From positions 72 to 64,071 of the forward strand of contig JBCCLJ010000011.1 of the NCBI GenBank assembly GCA_039026915.1: a stretch of 64,000 nucleotides of DNA, in the 5' to 3' direction. The DNA is from Acidobacteriota bacterium (GTDB lineage: Bacteria; Acidobacteriota; Thermoanaerobaculia; Multivoradales; Multivoraceae). Below the pieces are notes generated by a model. The model searched no databases, was not told the origin of the DNA, and saw only the letters and a list, made by a program, of their open reading frames with translations. A program made the translations under genes and the position numbers. Shown piece after piece: positions 36,312-45,860 of the stretch. Numbering within the stretch: the stretch's first letter is position 1; each line of letters starts with the position of its first letter.

Positions 36312-38522
36312 ATGCGTTTTTCCTTCTCTGGGCGCCCGTGGTTCGCCCTGGCGCTTGCAGCAGCCTGCGTCTCCGTCCCTTCTCTGGGCCAAGAGCTGCT
36401 GCTCGAAGCGGAGCGCGTCAGCTCCGCCGGCCCCGACGGCGACGTTCGCTACGACGCCGCTCACGACGGTTTGGCTTACAACAGCCTCGATGACGAATAC
36501 CTCGTCGTCTGGGATGCCGACGATCGGCTGCCCGGCGTCGGCGCGACGTTCAATGGCAAGCGTGAGGTTTTCGGACGTCTCGTCGATGGTGACGGGACTC
36601 CGCTCGGAGCGGAGCGAGTGTTGGCCACCGCCGGACCCACGAGCGACGAGAGCTGGGACGCCGAGAACCCCGAAGTGGTCTTCAATGCGACGAGCGGCGA
36701 GTATCTCGTCCTCTACGTCGGGACGATCGCGAGCGGTGGTCTTCAGGCGAAGCAGGAGATCTTCGCGCAAAGAGTCTCGTCCATCGGGCAGGCGGTTGGC
36801 TCGCCGATTCGCGTCAGCACCACCGGAGGTGACACCAACCTGCGTCTCGACAGCCGAGAGCCCTCGGTGGCGTGGGACAGCAACTCGAACGCCTACCTCG
36901 TCGTCTGGCAGCGCGAGATGAGCGATACGGCTTCGCGCGCAGAGATCGAGGTCTTTGCTCGCCTGCTCGACGGCCAGGCCCGGCCCGTCGACTCGCAGTT
37001 CCGCGTCAGCAGCATGGGGCCTGACGGGGATACGACCTACGATGCGCTCGATCCGTACGTCGCGTTCAACTCTTCCAGCGACGAGTATCTCGTCGTCTGG
37101 CGGGGCGATGACAACCGCGGCGGCGTCGTGCAGGGCGAGTTCGAGATCTTTGGCCAGCGGGTTGCGGCCAACGGCACGCCGGTCGGTGCCGACGACTTTC
37201 GCATCAGCTTCATGGGGCCGCGCGGCAACGGCCAGTTCGACGCCTCGGATCCCGCAGTCGCACATAATCCGACCCTCGACGAGTACCTCGTCACCTGGGC
37301 CGGCCTCGACGACCCGGCGGTGGGCGAAGAGGTCTATGCCCAACGCCTTCGAGGGGACGGAAGCGCGTTGGGTACCGTCGTTCAGGTTTCCTCGATGGGT
37401 CCCGACGGTGGTGGGGCTGATGTCTACTCGGTCGACGAGAGCCTCGTCAGATTCAGTCCGCAGAGCGATGAGTACTTCGTCATCTGGATGGGCGAAGACA
37501 ACCGCGAGCTTCTCACCGAGGGCGAGTTCGAAGTCTTCGGTCAGCGTCTCGCGGCGGACGGCACGGCCGTCGGACTCGATGACGTGCGGCTTTCGAGCCT
37601 GGGTCCCGCCGGCGATTCACGCTTCGACGCCTTTTCGATCGATCTGGTGCACAACAGTGCGCGCGACGAGTTCTTCACGGTCTACTCCGGCGACGACGAC
37701 ACCGGCGCGCTCGTCGACGACGAAGTCGAGATCTACTCTCAGCGAGTCGCCCCGAGGCTGCCGAGCTGCGCCGAAAGCGCGACGACGCTCTGCCTCAACG
37801 GTGGCCGCTTCGAGCTCAGGGTGACCTGGAGAACGCGGCAGGGCACCACGGGCGGAGGTCGCTCGGAACGTCTGTCGTCGGATTCGGGCTGGTTCTGGTT
37901 CTTCGACGCGGCGAACACCGAACTCGTCGTCAAGGTGCTCGACGCTCGTGCCGTCAACGGACGCTTCTGGGTCTTCTATGGAGCGCTTTCGGACGTCGAG
38001 TACGTGATGACCGTGACCGACACGGAGACGGGGGAGCGCCGTGAGTACCGCAACCCTGCCGGCACGTTCGCGAGTCGTGGAGACACTGCAGCGTTCCCCC
38101 TCGCAGCAGCCAAGCCGTTGCAACCCTCGACGGTCGCGAATCGGGTCTCCGTCTCCGACTCTTCCGTCGCAGCGGCCGCCTGCACAGGCGGTACGACGAC
38201 GCTCTGCCTCAACGGCTCGCGCTTTCAGATCGAGGTCGAATGGACCGACCCCTTCGGCAACAGCGGCCGCGGTCAGGCGCAGAGCCTCACGTCCGACACC
38301 GGTTGGTTCTGGTTCTTCGACCCGGCCAACACCGAGATGGTGATCAAAGTGCTCGACGCGCGTGGCGTGAACGGCAACTACTGGGTTTTCTTCGGCGCGC
38401 TCTCGGACGTGCGATACACGGTGACGGTGACCGACACGCAGACCGGCTCGGTGAGGCGCTACGAGAATCCGTCGGGCACCTTCGCCAGCGTCGGCGACAC
38501 CGCGGCCTTTCCCGGATCGTGA
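36312..38522 (+). CDS. secreted repeat protein: seven ~55-60-aa blades (probable beta-propeller) plus two copies of a ~105-aa Cys-containing C-terminal domain
   Basis: Signal peptide MRFSFSGRPWFALALAAACVSVPSLGQE. Seven occurrences of the core (N/D)SxxDEYLVVW…E(I/V)FGQR…DG(T)xxG. Two copies of C-x5-TTLCLNG(G/S)RF…SD(S/T)GWFWFFDxANTExV(V/I)KVLDARxVNGxxWVFxGALSDVxYxxTVTDTxTGxxRxYxNPxGTFAS. Confidence 0.75.
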   Translation: MRFSFSGRPWFALALAAACVSVPSLGQELLLEAERVSSAGPDGDVRYDAAHDGLAYNSLDDEYLVVWDADDRLPGVGATFNGKREVFGRLVDGDGTPLGAERVLATAGPTSDESWDAENPEVVFNATSGEYLVLYVGTIASGGLQAKQEIFAQRVSSIGQAVGSPIRVSTTGGDTNLRLDSREPSVAWDSNSNAYLVVWQREMSDTASRAEIEVFARLLDGQARPVDSQFRVSSMGPDGDTTYDALDPYVAFNSSSDEYLVVWRGDDNRGGVVQGEFEIFGQRVAANGTPVGADDFRISFMGPRGNGQFDASDPAVAHNPTLDEYLVTWAGLDDPAVGEEVYAQRLRGDGSALGTVVQVSSMGPDGGGADVYSVDESLVRFSPQSDEYFVIWMGEDNRELLTEGEFEVFGQRLAADGTAVGLDDVRLSSLGPAGDSRFDAFSIDLVHNSARDEFFTVYSGDDDTGALVDDEVEIYSQRVAPRLPSCAESATTLCLNGGRFELRVTWRTRQGTTGGGRSERLSSDSGWFWFFDAANTELVVKVLDARAVNGRFWVFYGALSDVEYVMTVTDTETGERREYRNPAGTFASRGDTAAFPLAAAKPLQPSTVANRVSVSDSSVAAAACTGGTTTLCLNGSRFQIEVEWTDPFGNSGRGQAQSLTSDTGWFWFFDPANTEMVIKVLDARGVNGNYWVFFGALSDVRYTVTVTDTQTGSVRRYENPSGTFASVGDTAAFPGS
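37767..38519 (+). repeat. internal tandem duplication of the C-terminal domain of 36312..38522
   Basis: Copy 1 spans ~37767-38100 and copy 2 spans 38181-38519. They share the exact nucleotide string gacgacgctctgcctcaacgg near each start, and the proteins align collinearly. Confidence 0.75.
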
Positions 38523-38525
38523 GAG

Positions 38526-41012
38526 CTACTCGATGAAGCCGTAGAAGCGTCCCAGGTAGTAGGGCAGGAGGTACGACGCTCCGTCGGCGATGCGCGTGCC
38601 GCGGCCGCCGAAGTCCAGGGACCAGGGATCGTGATTCCAGTGGCCGACGAAGCGCTCGTCGATGGGGAGCACCCTGCCGTCGGCCCGGTGGCCTCGGGGG
38701 CGCCCCGTGCTCGATGAGCGCAACAGCTCGACGTCGTGCCGGTGGCTGTTGGCGAGCGGCCAGTCGCGGCGGTCGAGCGGGTAGCGCAGCAGCGTCTCGA
38801 GCGCGTCCGCGGACAGCGTGTCGCGGTCTGCACGCACCACGTAGTCGTCGTAGGCGTCGGCGTAGCGAATCTCCTCTCCTTCGAGCGCGCCGGCGAAGAG
38901 GAAGTGGAAGAGTGGATTGCGCTCGGGGCCCACGAGCGTCGAGTAGCGCTCCATCGTGTGCGCCCACTGCGCACGGAGGGTGGGGTCGCTCTCGTAGCGG
39001 AGCAGGTTGTACAGGTTCATCAGCGCCATCTCGTCGTCCGACTGGTTGCCGGTGCCCGGCCCCTGCTGGACCTTCGGGTGACGCGCGCTTGCCGCGTAGC
39101 CGTGGTTGTCGATCAGGTCCCGCGCGTTTGCTGCGTAGCGCTCAGCCTCCTCGGGCGTCGCGCTGACGTGCTCGGCGACGCGCAGGTACGACAGCACGCT
39201 CATCGAGTTGAGGCCGCGCTCCTCCCACCAGGAGGGATCGTGGTTGAGGGCCTGAGGACCGAAGACGGCCCAGCGGGTGTGCTCACCATCGTGATCGACG
39301 AGCGAGTAGTCGTTGCGCAGCAGATGATCGGTGATGCGGTGCACGACCTCGCGCACCTCGGCCTTCTCGTCCTGGTCAGCGACTAGGTCGTAGTAGACGC
39401 CGTAGAAGAAGTAGTGGCCGTCGAGCTCGTCGGAGCTCGTGTCGGCCTTCCAGTACCACCGGCCGTCCGCCGACGTGCCCCAGCGGGGCATCAGGCTCTT
39501 CCACTTGCGGTCGCGTCGCTGCGTCTCTGCGTCGCGCTCCGCCTGGCCGTCGTTCGGGTTGGGGCCGCTCGTCGGCAGGATGCTGCGAGCCGGAAAGCCC
39601 GGCTGCATCGCCGGCGTGCCGCCTCGAGTCACTTCGCTCAGGAAGGCGACGGCGCGAAAAGCCTCACGAGCGCGTCTCCTGGCCTCTTCGCTGCCGGTGG
39701 ACGCCCAGGCGAAGGCCTGTGCCGCACCGTACATGCTCGTCCAGAGGCCGTCGTTGTCGCTCGAGTGCAGAGTGCCAGAGGCCAAGTCCGCGTCGACGGA
39801 CGGCAGATGCAGCGCGTCGACGTAGCCGTACTCGGTGCGCTTGTGCTGCGCGTCGATGACTTCGTCGAAGTACTCGGCCTTCTCTTGCAGTGTTGTTTCG
39901 AGGAAGGCGATCTGTGCGACGCCCCCTTCGGTCGCGGCCCAGAGGTCGCCCCGTGCGTCGAAGGTGAGGGAGTGCACGTGATCGTGGGGAAGCCAGCGTG
40001 GCCCCTGTTTGTAGGACCACTGACTCAGCTCCGGAGCCACCAGGTTGGCTTCGAGGTGAATGAGTCCCTGCCGCGTGCCGAGCCAGATCGAGGCACCGTC
40101 AGCTCCGGCATCCTTTCCTGGCTGACTGGTGATGCAGTCGACTTCGGACCAGGGTAGGCCGTCGTGCTCATCCCAGAGCCGGAAGCTGCGGTCTTGCGGA
40201 AGGTAGACGCCGACCGTCTGCCCGATGACGAACCAGAGCCTTCCCGCTGCGTCGAAGTGCACGTCGCGCACGTCGCGGGGGACCCACTCCCGCGCGCTGT
40301 TGCGAGGGACCAGTAACTCGAGGTCGCGGCTGCTTCCCGACAACTCGCGCAGGCGCAGTCCGCGTGAGTCGGTCCCACGAAGGCCGACAGCGACGATTTC
40401 TCTCTGCAGGTCCAAGGCGACCGTCCAAGGTGCGTCATAGCGCTCGGTTGCCTTCCGCGCTCCCCGAAGAAGGTCTTCGATATCCCAGGCCTGCGCGTCG
40501 TCTCCAAACTTCGTGAGGGAAGTCTCCGAAGCCAGGTAGGTCGCTCCGAAGTCGGCCGTGTTGGCGATGGACCAAACCGCTCCGTTCTCGAGCTTCAATG
40601 GCTCATTGCCCACGAGCGTCCGTGCCGTCGTCCGATCCGGTTCAACCCAGACCACACCCCGCTGGAGGCTCCCCAGAAGACCGGGCGCCAAGCTGCTCTG
40701 GTCGGGCAGGGCGACGGGCTGCCAGCGCGCCTCGCCGAGCCCGGCGATCTGTTCTCGAAGGTCTCCCGTTCGAGAGGGAGGTTCGAGGCGAAACAGAGTC
40801 TCGCCGACGTTGGCGTAGATCGACCCGTCGCCGCTTGCGGCAACCGCATCGACCCGCGAATCGGTCAGGCCTCGCCCGGCCTTGTGCTGAACCCCTATCG
40901 GCTGCTCGATGCGAGTCGATGGAGACTGCGCGCTCGCCGCACCGGCGAGAAGTGTGACGACGGCGAGACGCGAGAGCCGGGAAGGGAACGCGGAACGCAT
41001 CGTCGTCTCCAT
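38526..41012 (-). CDS. secreted protein with N-terminal Reg_prop-like (two-component-regulator propeller type) repeats and an unassigned ~420-aa helical C-terminal domain
   Basis: Signal peptide (M)RSAFPSRLSRLAVVTLLAGAASAQS. Reg_prop-like strings are GRLWFVIGQTVGVY, ASIWLGTRQGLIHL and GDLWAATEGGVAQI. The C-terminal half is rich in aromatic/helical segments (possible alpha/alpha toroid, which is inference only). Confidence 0.65.
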   Translation of the reverse strand: METTMRSAFPSRLSRLAVVTLLAGAASAQSPSTRIEQPIGVQHKAGRGLTDSRVDAVAASGDGSIYANVGETLFRLEPPSRTGDLREQIAGLGEARWQPVALPDQSSLAPGLLGSLQRGVVWVEPDRTTARTLVGNEPLKLENGAVWSIANTADFGATYLASETSLTKFGDDAQAWDIEDLLRGARKATERYDAPWTVALDLQREIVAVGLRGTDSRGLRLRELSGSSRDLELLVPRNSAREWVPRDVRDVHFDAAGRLWFVIGQTVGVYLPQDRSFRLWDEHDGLPWSEVDCITSQPGKDAGADGASIWLGTRQGLIHLEANLVAPELSQWSYKQGPRWLPHDHVHSLTFDARGDLWAATEGGVAQIAFLETTLQEKAEYFDEVIDAQHKRTEYGYVDALHLPSVDADLASGTLHSSDNDGLWTSMYGAAQAFAWASTGSEEARRRAREAFRAVAFLSEVTRGGTPAMQPGFPARSILPTSGPNPNDGQAERDAETQRRDRKWKSLMPRWGTSADGRWYWKADTSSDELDGHYFFYGVYYDLVADQDEKAEVREVVHRITDHLLRNDYSLVDHDGEHTRWAVFGPQALNHDPSWWEERGLNSMSVLSYLRVAEHVSATPEEAERYAANARDLIDNHGYAASARHPKVQQGPGTGNQSDDEMALMNLYNLLRYESDPTLRAQWAHTMERYSTLVGPERNPLFHFLFAGALEGEEIRYADAYDDYVVRADRDTLSADALETLLRYPLDRRDWPLANSHRHDVELLRSSSTGRPRGHRADGRVLPIDERFVGHWNHDPWSLDFGGRGTRIADGASYLLPYYLGRFYGFIE

Positions 41013-41015
41013 AGG

Positions 41016-41771
41016 CTATCTACGCGAGCGGGAACGCCGCTTGGCGGGAGCGGGCTTCCGAGGCCTGCGACGGTTGCCACCGCGCTCGGTCTTTTCAGCG
41101 ACGAGAACGGCGTGGCGAAAGCCCTTGCCGCGCTTCTCGCCGCTCTTGTCGGCGCCGAAGTGGCCGCGCGCCTGCTCGAGCCGCGCCTCGAAGCCGGCCT
41201 TCTGCAGGTGGCGTACGAAGAGCGGCTCGGCCTGCGCGCACCAGATGGCGAGGATGCCGCCCGGGGCCAGATTGTCGCGGAGGCGCTCGAGACCGCGACG
41301 GTCGTAGAGGCGGCTGTTACCGTCGAGGCACCAGGCCTGAGGCCCGTTGTCGGTGTCCATCAGGATAGCGTCCCAAGGCCCCTGGCCGATCGGCACCCAG
41401 ACGTCGGACTGCGCGATGCGCGTGCGCGAGTCCGTCAGGGCTCCACGCTGGCGATCGTTGAGGAACTCGCGGTTCCACTCGACGACCTCGGGCACGATCT
41501 CGGCGACGGTCACCGTGGCCTGCGGGCCGACCTGATCGAGCGCCGCGCGCAGCGTGTAGCCGAGCCCCAGCCCGCCGACGAGCACGCGCGCTCCCGGCTT
41601 CTTCTTGGCGGCCGCGCAGCCCAGGTCGGCAAGCACGACCTCGGAGCCGTGCACGCGCGTCGACATGAGCTCCTGGCCGTCGAGGGTGAGGTGATAGTCG
41701 TCGCCGCGACGACGCAGCTGAAGCAGAGAACCGTCGACCGTCGCGCGGCCGAGCTCTTCGAGCGGTTGCAT
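41016..41771 (-). CDS. spermidine-synthase-fold (class I SAM-MTase-like) protein with poly-basic C-terminal tail
   Basis: The start was trimmed to ATG 41771 (MQPLEEL…). GxGxG block VLVGGLGLGYTLRAAL and DAILMDTDNGP are typical of the spermidine-synthase-like family. The tail is …RGGNRRRPRKPAPAKRRSRSRR. Confidence 0.65.
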   Translation of the reverse strand: MQPLEELGRATVDGSLLQLRRRGDDYHLTLDGQELMSTRVHGSEVVLADLGCAAAKKKPGARVLVGGLGLGYTLRAALDQVGPQATVTVAEIVPEVVEWNREFLNDRQRGALTDSRTRIAQSDVWVPIGQGPWDAILMDTDNGPQAWCLDGNSRLYDRRGLERLRDNLAPGGILAIWCAQAEPLFVRHLQKAGFEARLEQARGHFGADKSGEKRGKGFRHAVLVAEKTERGGNRRRPRKPAPAKRRSRSRR

Positions 41772-41806
41772 GCGCGGGAGTCTAGCGGGTGGATGGCGGG
41801 TGGCGC

Positions 41807-44800
41807 TTAGGGCACTTCGATCTCGACGGTCTCGCCCGGGAGGATCTGAACCTCGATGCGAGCAACGATCTCGTCGGTTGGATAGGTGTGGAGTTCGAGT
41901 GTCCACAGGCCGGGTGGTAGCGGCCCAAGTGGCTGGTGTCCTTCCCGGCTCGTGTAGAAACGCTCCGGGTATCTGACATCGCCGCGACGCGCGAGCACGG
42001 AGCCGCCAAAGCCGACGCTGCCCAGCTTGAGTCGCGCCCATCCGGCGGGTTCCAGTGGCACGCTCGTCTCTCCGGGCACTTCTACGCGGAGGGGGCCACC
42101 GACCTCAGCTCCAGTGGAGACCCAGAGTAAGTAGCTGCCCGGGCTCACACTGAGCTCGTGCGTTCCTGTCGTCCTTGTCTCGAGCCGGATCTGATCGATA
42201 TCCCGCTGCAGCCAATAGATGGCGGTCGGTGGCGTCGCCCCGCTGGCCGAGATCGGCGTTGCAAGGAGCGTTTCTTGGGCCGTGAACTCGATCTGCAGAG
42301 TCTCGCCCTCGGCGTGGGGAATGCGTTTCGTTCCGAAGACCGGGTGCCGCGCCTCGACCCAGGGATAGTCCGCGGCTGTGAGTTCGCCGAGCCTTCTAGC
42401 TTGCAGGAGACCCTCCGGACCGGACTCACCTAAGGCGACTTTGCGGTCGGAGGTGCTGACCAGAAAGATCGCGGCGCCTTCGAGGCCGACCCCTTCGGAA
42501 TCCAGAACCCGGACACGGAAGGGCGCCGTCGTGAGGTCGATCGAAAGCTCGAGATCTCCTTGCAGATCGACCACCTGTCGCTTCTCCAGCTTGGGTAACT
42601 CCGTGTTGACATGGATGAGCGCTGGACCTTCTTCCAGACCGCTGAGTGCGAAGGCCCCGGATTCGTCCGTCCGGGTGCCAGTCCCGGTGCTGTTGTCGGT
42701 ATTGCGGCCGTAGACCTCAGCGTTGCGAGCTGGTTCACCGTCGACGGTGACGATGCCGTGCACGGTGAAGCCGGCGCTGAAGTCGAGGTCGAGCCCGCGC
42801 AGATCCCCTTCGACTTCGATCTCACGCGTCACGTGCCGCTCGCCTTCGAGATAGGCGAAGAGTCTCCAGAGCCCTCGGCTGACGTTCTGAAGAACGAAGT
42901 CTCCCTGATAGCCAGGCGTCGTCTCCGGGTACGCCCCGCCAATGTTGATCGAGGCGAGGGGCGTAACGCCGATCCTGACCTTTTGCGCCAGATCGGCGTC
43001 GAGTCCGAGGACGCGTCCCTCGAGGCTGAATCCACGTTCGAGGACGACCTCGACGTCGAGGGCCCCAGCTCCCCGGAGTCGAAGCTCAGGCAGGTTCGGG
43101 TTGCCGAAGCCATCCTTGACGACGCGGAGGCGCGCCCACCCCGGCTCGAGACTAGTGATCTCAAAGGAACCGTCGGCTGCGGAGAATGCGTTGTAGCTTC
43201 CTCCGCTCCACTCGCGCCGGTCTTGGCTCGTCATGGCGTCCAGATAGACGCCTTCGACGGGCTCTCCGTTCTCATCGACCACGACACCTGTGATGCGTAA
43301 GCCAGGAACTAGCTCGACGTCGAAGCGGTCGTCGCCGCGGACATTGAGTGCCGAACTGTCCTTCCGGTAGCCCTCCGCTGAAGTCTCTAGAACGACCTTG
43401 CCTTCGGGAACGGCAGCGAGACGGTATCGACCTTCGCCGTCGGTCTGTGTGTGCGACGCGGTCTGTGCTCCGGGTGACCAGCGGTCGACGTCACTTCTTC
43501 TTGCGGCGACGTGCGCACCCGAGATCGGTTCGCCTGCAGCGGTGACACTTCCTGTGATCACTGCGCCGCGTTCGAGAGAGATCTCTAGCGGGGCGATTCC
43601 CCCTGCTTCGACCTCCAGCTCCACCACGGTCGGCACGTGCTCCCTGGCTTGCACTTGAAGCGAATGAGGTCCGATTCCTGCCGGGCCGATCTCGAAGCGT
43701 CCGTCGCTCTGTCCATTAGCCCAACCGATCTGGGAGTAGCTCAGACGGCCGTGAAGGCTCTCCACCTCATGGAGCGACAAGCCTGCGGGGATGCCCTCGC
43801 CGTCTGCGCCACGGACGATCCCCCTGATCATCACTCCGCGATCGAGTCGAAGCTCCAACGGCTCCGTGAGAGGAAGCTCAACGTCGATCGGCTCGATCTG
43901 GAGATAGCCCTTCGCTTCAACTTGCACGGCGTAACTCCCCCGGCCAAACCGATCGAATCTGAAGCTGCCGTCAGCAGCGCTCGTCGCGGCTCTGTAGTCG
44001 TCGCGGTAGCCTGGGCTATTGCGGTTAGGGTAGGCAGACAGTTGAGCTCCCTGGATTGGATCGCCTGATGCGTCCAAAACTCGTCCGGCTAACAGAAGCT
44101 CTGGATCGAGCCGCAACGTTCCGATTTCTTGCTGATCGCCTTCGAGCTCTATCCCGGCCACCGTTCCAGGTGCGAATCCGGTGGCCAGGGCGTGGAGTCG
44201 AAACCGGCCAGGGCGCTCCGGCGGAAGCTCGAAGAGCCCGCTCGAATCGGTGTTGGTCCTTCGGACAATCTCAGGTTCGGGAGACCAGTAGATTGGCGTC
44301 GAACGGCTTTCTTCCCTTTCTAGCCAGACCTCGGCGTTGGGCAAAGGGCGATTCTGCTCATCCACGATGGTGCCCCAGCCGACGAGCCCATCTTCGAGCG
44401 TTGTCGTTACGCTAGTTTCACCTTCGGGGCCAATCGTCAGCGAGATTTCAGCGGTGACGTAGTCCAGATGCTCGATTCGAAGGAGGTGAGCTCCGTCGCT
44501 CACGGACCTCAGTTCGACTCGCCCCGTCTGGTTCGTTTCTCGGGATCGCGGTCGTCCGCGAAGCCTGCGTTGATCGCGTGGCCATAGGGTAGCCACGGCA
44601 CCGCCGACGTTCGCGCCGCGAGTATCCATCACCCGAAGAGCGATGGTGCGGCGTGGATCAAGGGCAACCGTTCGGGCGTCGCTGTCGGCGCTTTGAACCG
44701 AAAGGTAAGCCTCGCTGTAGCCCCTGGCTGCGGCCGTGAGCCCGAGGCCTTGGCTCGACATCCACGTGGGCAGCTCGTAGCGTCCGTCAGGGCCGGTGAT

Positions 44801-45853
44801 TGCGACGTCGCTGACGCGCATTCGCGACCAGATCAGCGCGCCTGGGAGCGGGTCGCCCGTCGAGCGATCGACGACCTTGCCGTAGAGAACGGCCGGCGGC
44901 TTGAGCCCCAAAGTGAGGTCTTGCTCGCGACCGCCCGGAGGCACCGTGACGTTGCCGTAGCCGAGGTCCGCCGCCTCTACCTGGTAGTCGAGCCTCCGAT
45001 CCTTCGCCGCGGCGACGGCCGCACGACCTTGCTCGTCGGTCAGCGCCACGGGAACGAGCGACTCGCCGAAGCGTACGACGGCTTGGTCAACGGGATGTCC
45101 ACCTTTGCCCGTTACCTGAATCTCTTGCAGCGCGCCGCGCTCGAGCTCTACGGTGACGACGCCACGCCCGTTCGACGGCACGCTGCGCGGTAGGAATCCC
45201 GGAGCGGCGACGCGCACCGGGTGACTCGCGCCTCGCAGAGAGGGAGCCGCTACGTGCCCGGTCTCGTCGGTCCTGCCGTGCCAACGGCTAAGGCCCACGG
45301 CGGGCTCGACGCGCACCGAGTCACCTTGTGGCCGCACCCACTGCTCCGTGTCGACGAGAACCAGAGCCTCTTCGATGGGCTTCCCTTCGTGGTCGACCAC
45401 CTTCACCGTCAACTCCCTGGCGCGGGGCAGTGGAATCTCGGAGAGCACGAGGTCTTCGACGATCGCTCCGAGCTCGGCGCGCACGCGAAGGCCGGACGCC
45501 GTGACCGCGTCGAGCCGGTAGACCCCCGGTATGACGTTGGCTTCGAATCGCCCGTCCTTGTCCAACTCGAAGCTCGTTCCTTCGTCTTCCATCCTGGCGA
45601 CCCCGAGGTCGTGCAGGCGCCGCAGATGACTCGGTGGCGACGGCATGAGGTGCACCGTGGCAGAACCCGGCTGGCCCGCCGCGTCGACGAAACGTCCGCT
45701 GATGCGAACGGTCTCCTGAGCCAAGACCGGGGTCCAGAGGAGAGCAATCGCGAGGGCTACGACGCGCACCGTGGTCCAACGTCCGCGTAGCCGGGCGCGG
45801 AGTCTGTGAGCCCTTCCTCCTCGAGCCCTTGCGAACGCTCCCACCATTCTCAT
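41807..45853 (-). CDS. giant secreted protein of ~15 carboxypeptidase-regulatory-like (CarboxypepD_reg) repeats, paralogue 1
   Basis: 1348 aa with an ATG start and signal …VVALAIALLWTPVLAQE. The repeating pattern is GxVxDxxGxP(I/V)xGA…TDxxGxF…LxPGxYxL…GF. Confidence 0.85.
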   Translation of the reverse strand: MRMVGAFARARGGRAHRLRARLRGRWTTVRVVALAIALLWTPVLAQETVRISGRFVDAAGQPGSATVHLMPSPPSHLRRLHDLGVARMEDEGTSFELDKDGRFEANVIPGVYRLDAVTASGLRVRAELGAIVEDLVLSEIPLPRARELTVKVVDHEGKPIEEALVLVDTEQWVRPQGDSVRVEPAVGLSRWHGRTDETGHVAAPSLRGASHPVRVAAPGFLPRSVPSNGRGVVTVELERGALQEIQVTGKGGHPVDQAVVRFGESLVPVALTDEQGRAAVAAAKDRRLDYQVEAADLGYGNVTVPPGGREQDLTLGLKPPAVLYGKVVDRSTGDPLPGALIWSRMRVSDVAITGPDGRYELPTWMSSQGLGLTAAARGYSEAYLSVQSADSDARTVALDPRRTIALRVMDTRGANVGGAVATLWPRDQRRLRGRPRSRETNQTGRVELRSVSDGAHLLRIEHLDYVTAEISLTIGPEGETSVTTTLEDGLVGWGTIVDEQNRPLPNAEVWLEREESRSTPIYWSPEPEIVRRTNTDSSGLFELPPERPGRFRLHALATGFAPGTVAGIELEGDQQEIGTLRLDPELLLAGRVLDASGDPIQGAQLSAYPNRNSPGYRDDYRAATSAADGSFRFDRFGRGSYAVQVEAKGYLQIEPIDVELPLTEPLELRLDRGVMIRGIVRGADGEGIPAGLSLHEVESLHGRLSYSQIGWANGQSDGRFEIGPAGIGPHSLQVQAREHVPTVVELEVEAGGIAPLEISLERGAVITGSVTAAGEPISGAHVAARRSDVDRWSPGAQTASHTQTDGEGRYRLAAVPEGKVVLETSAEGYRKDSSALNVRGDDRFDVELVPGLRITGVVVDENGEPVEGVYLDAMTSQDRREWSGGSYNAFSAADGSFEITSLEPGWARLRVVKDGFGNPNLPELRLRGAGALDVEVVLERGFSLEGRVLGLDADLAQKVRIGVTPLASINIGGAYPETTPGYQGDFVLQNVSRGLWRLFAYLEGERHVTREIEVEGDLRGLDLDFSAGFTVHGIVTVDGEPARNAEVYGRNTDNSTGTGTRTDESGAFALSGLEEGPALIHVNTELPKLEKRQVVDLQGDLELSIDLTTAPFRVRVLDSEGVGLEGAAIFLVSTSDRKVALGESGPEGLLQARRLGELTAADYPWVEARHPVFGTKRIPHAEGETLQIEFTAQETLLATPISASGATPPTAIYWLQRDIDQIRLETRTTGTHELSVSPGSYLLWVSTGAEVGGPLRVEVPGETSVPLEPAGWARLKLGSVGFGGSVLARRGDVRYPERFYTSREGHQPLGPLPPGLWTLELHTYPTDEIVARIEVQILPGETVEIEVP

Positions 45854-45860
45854 CGGCAGC

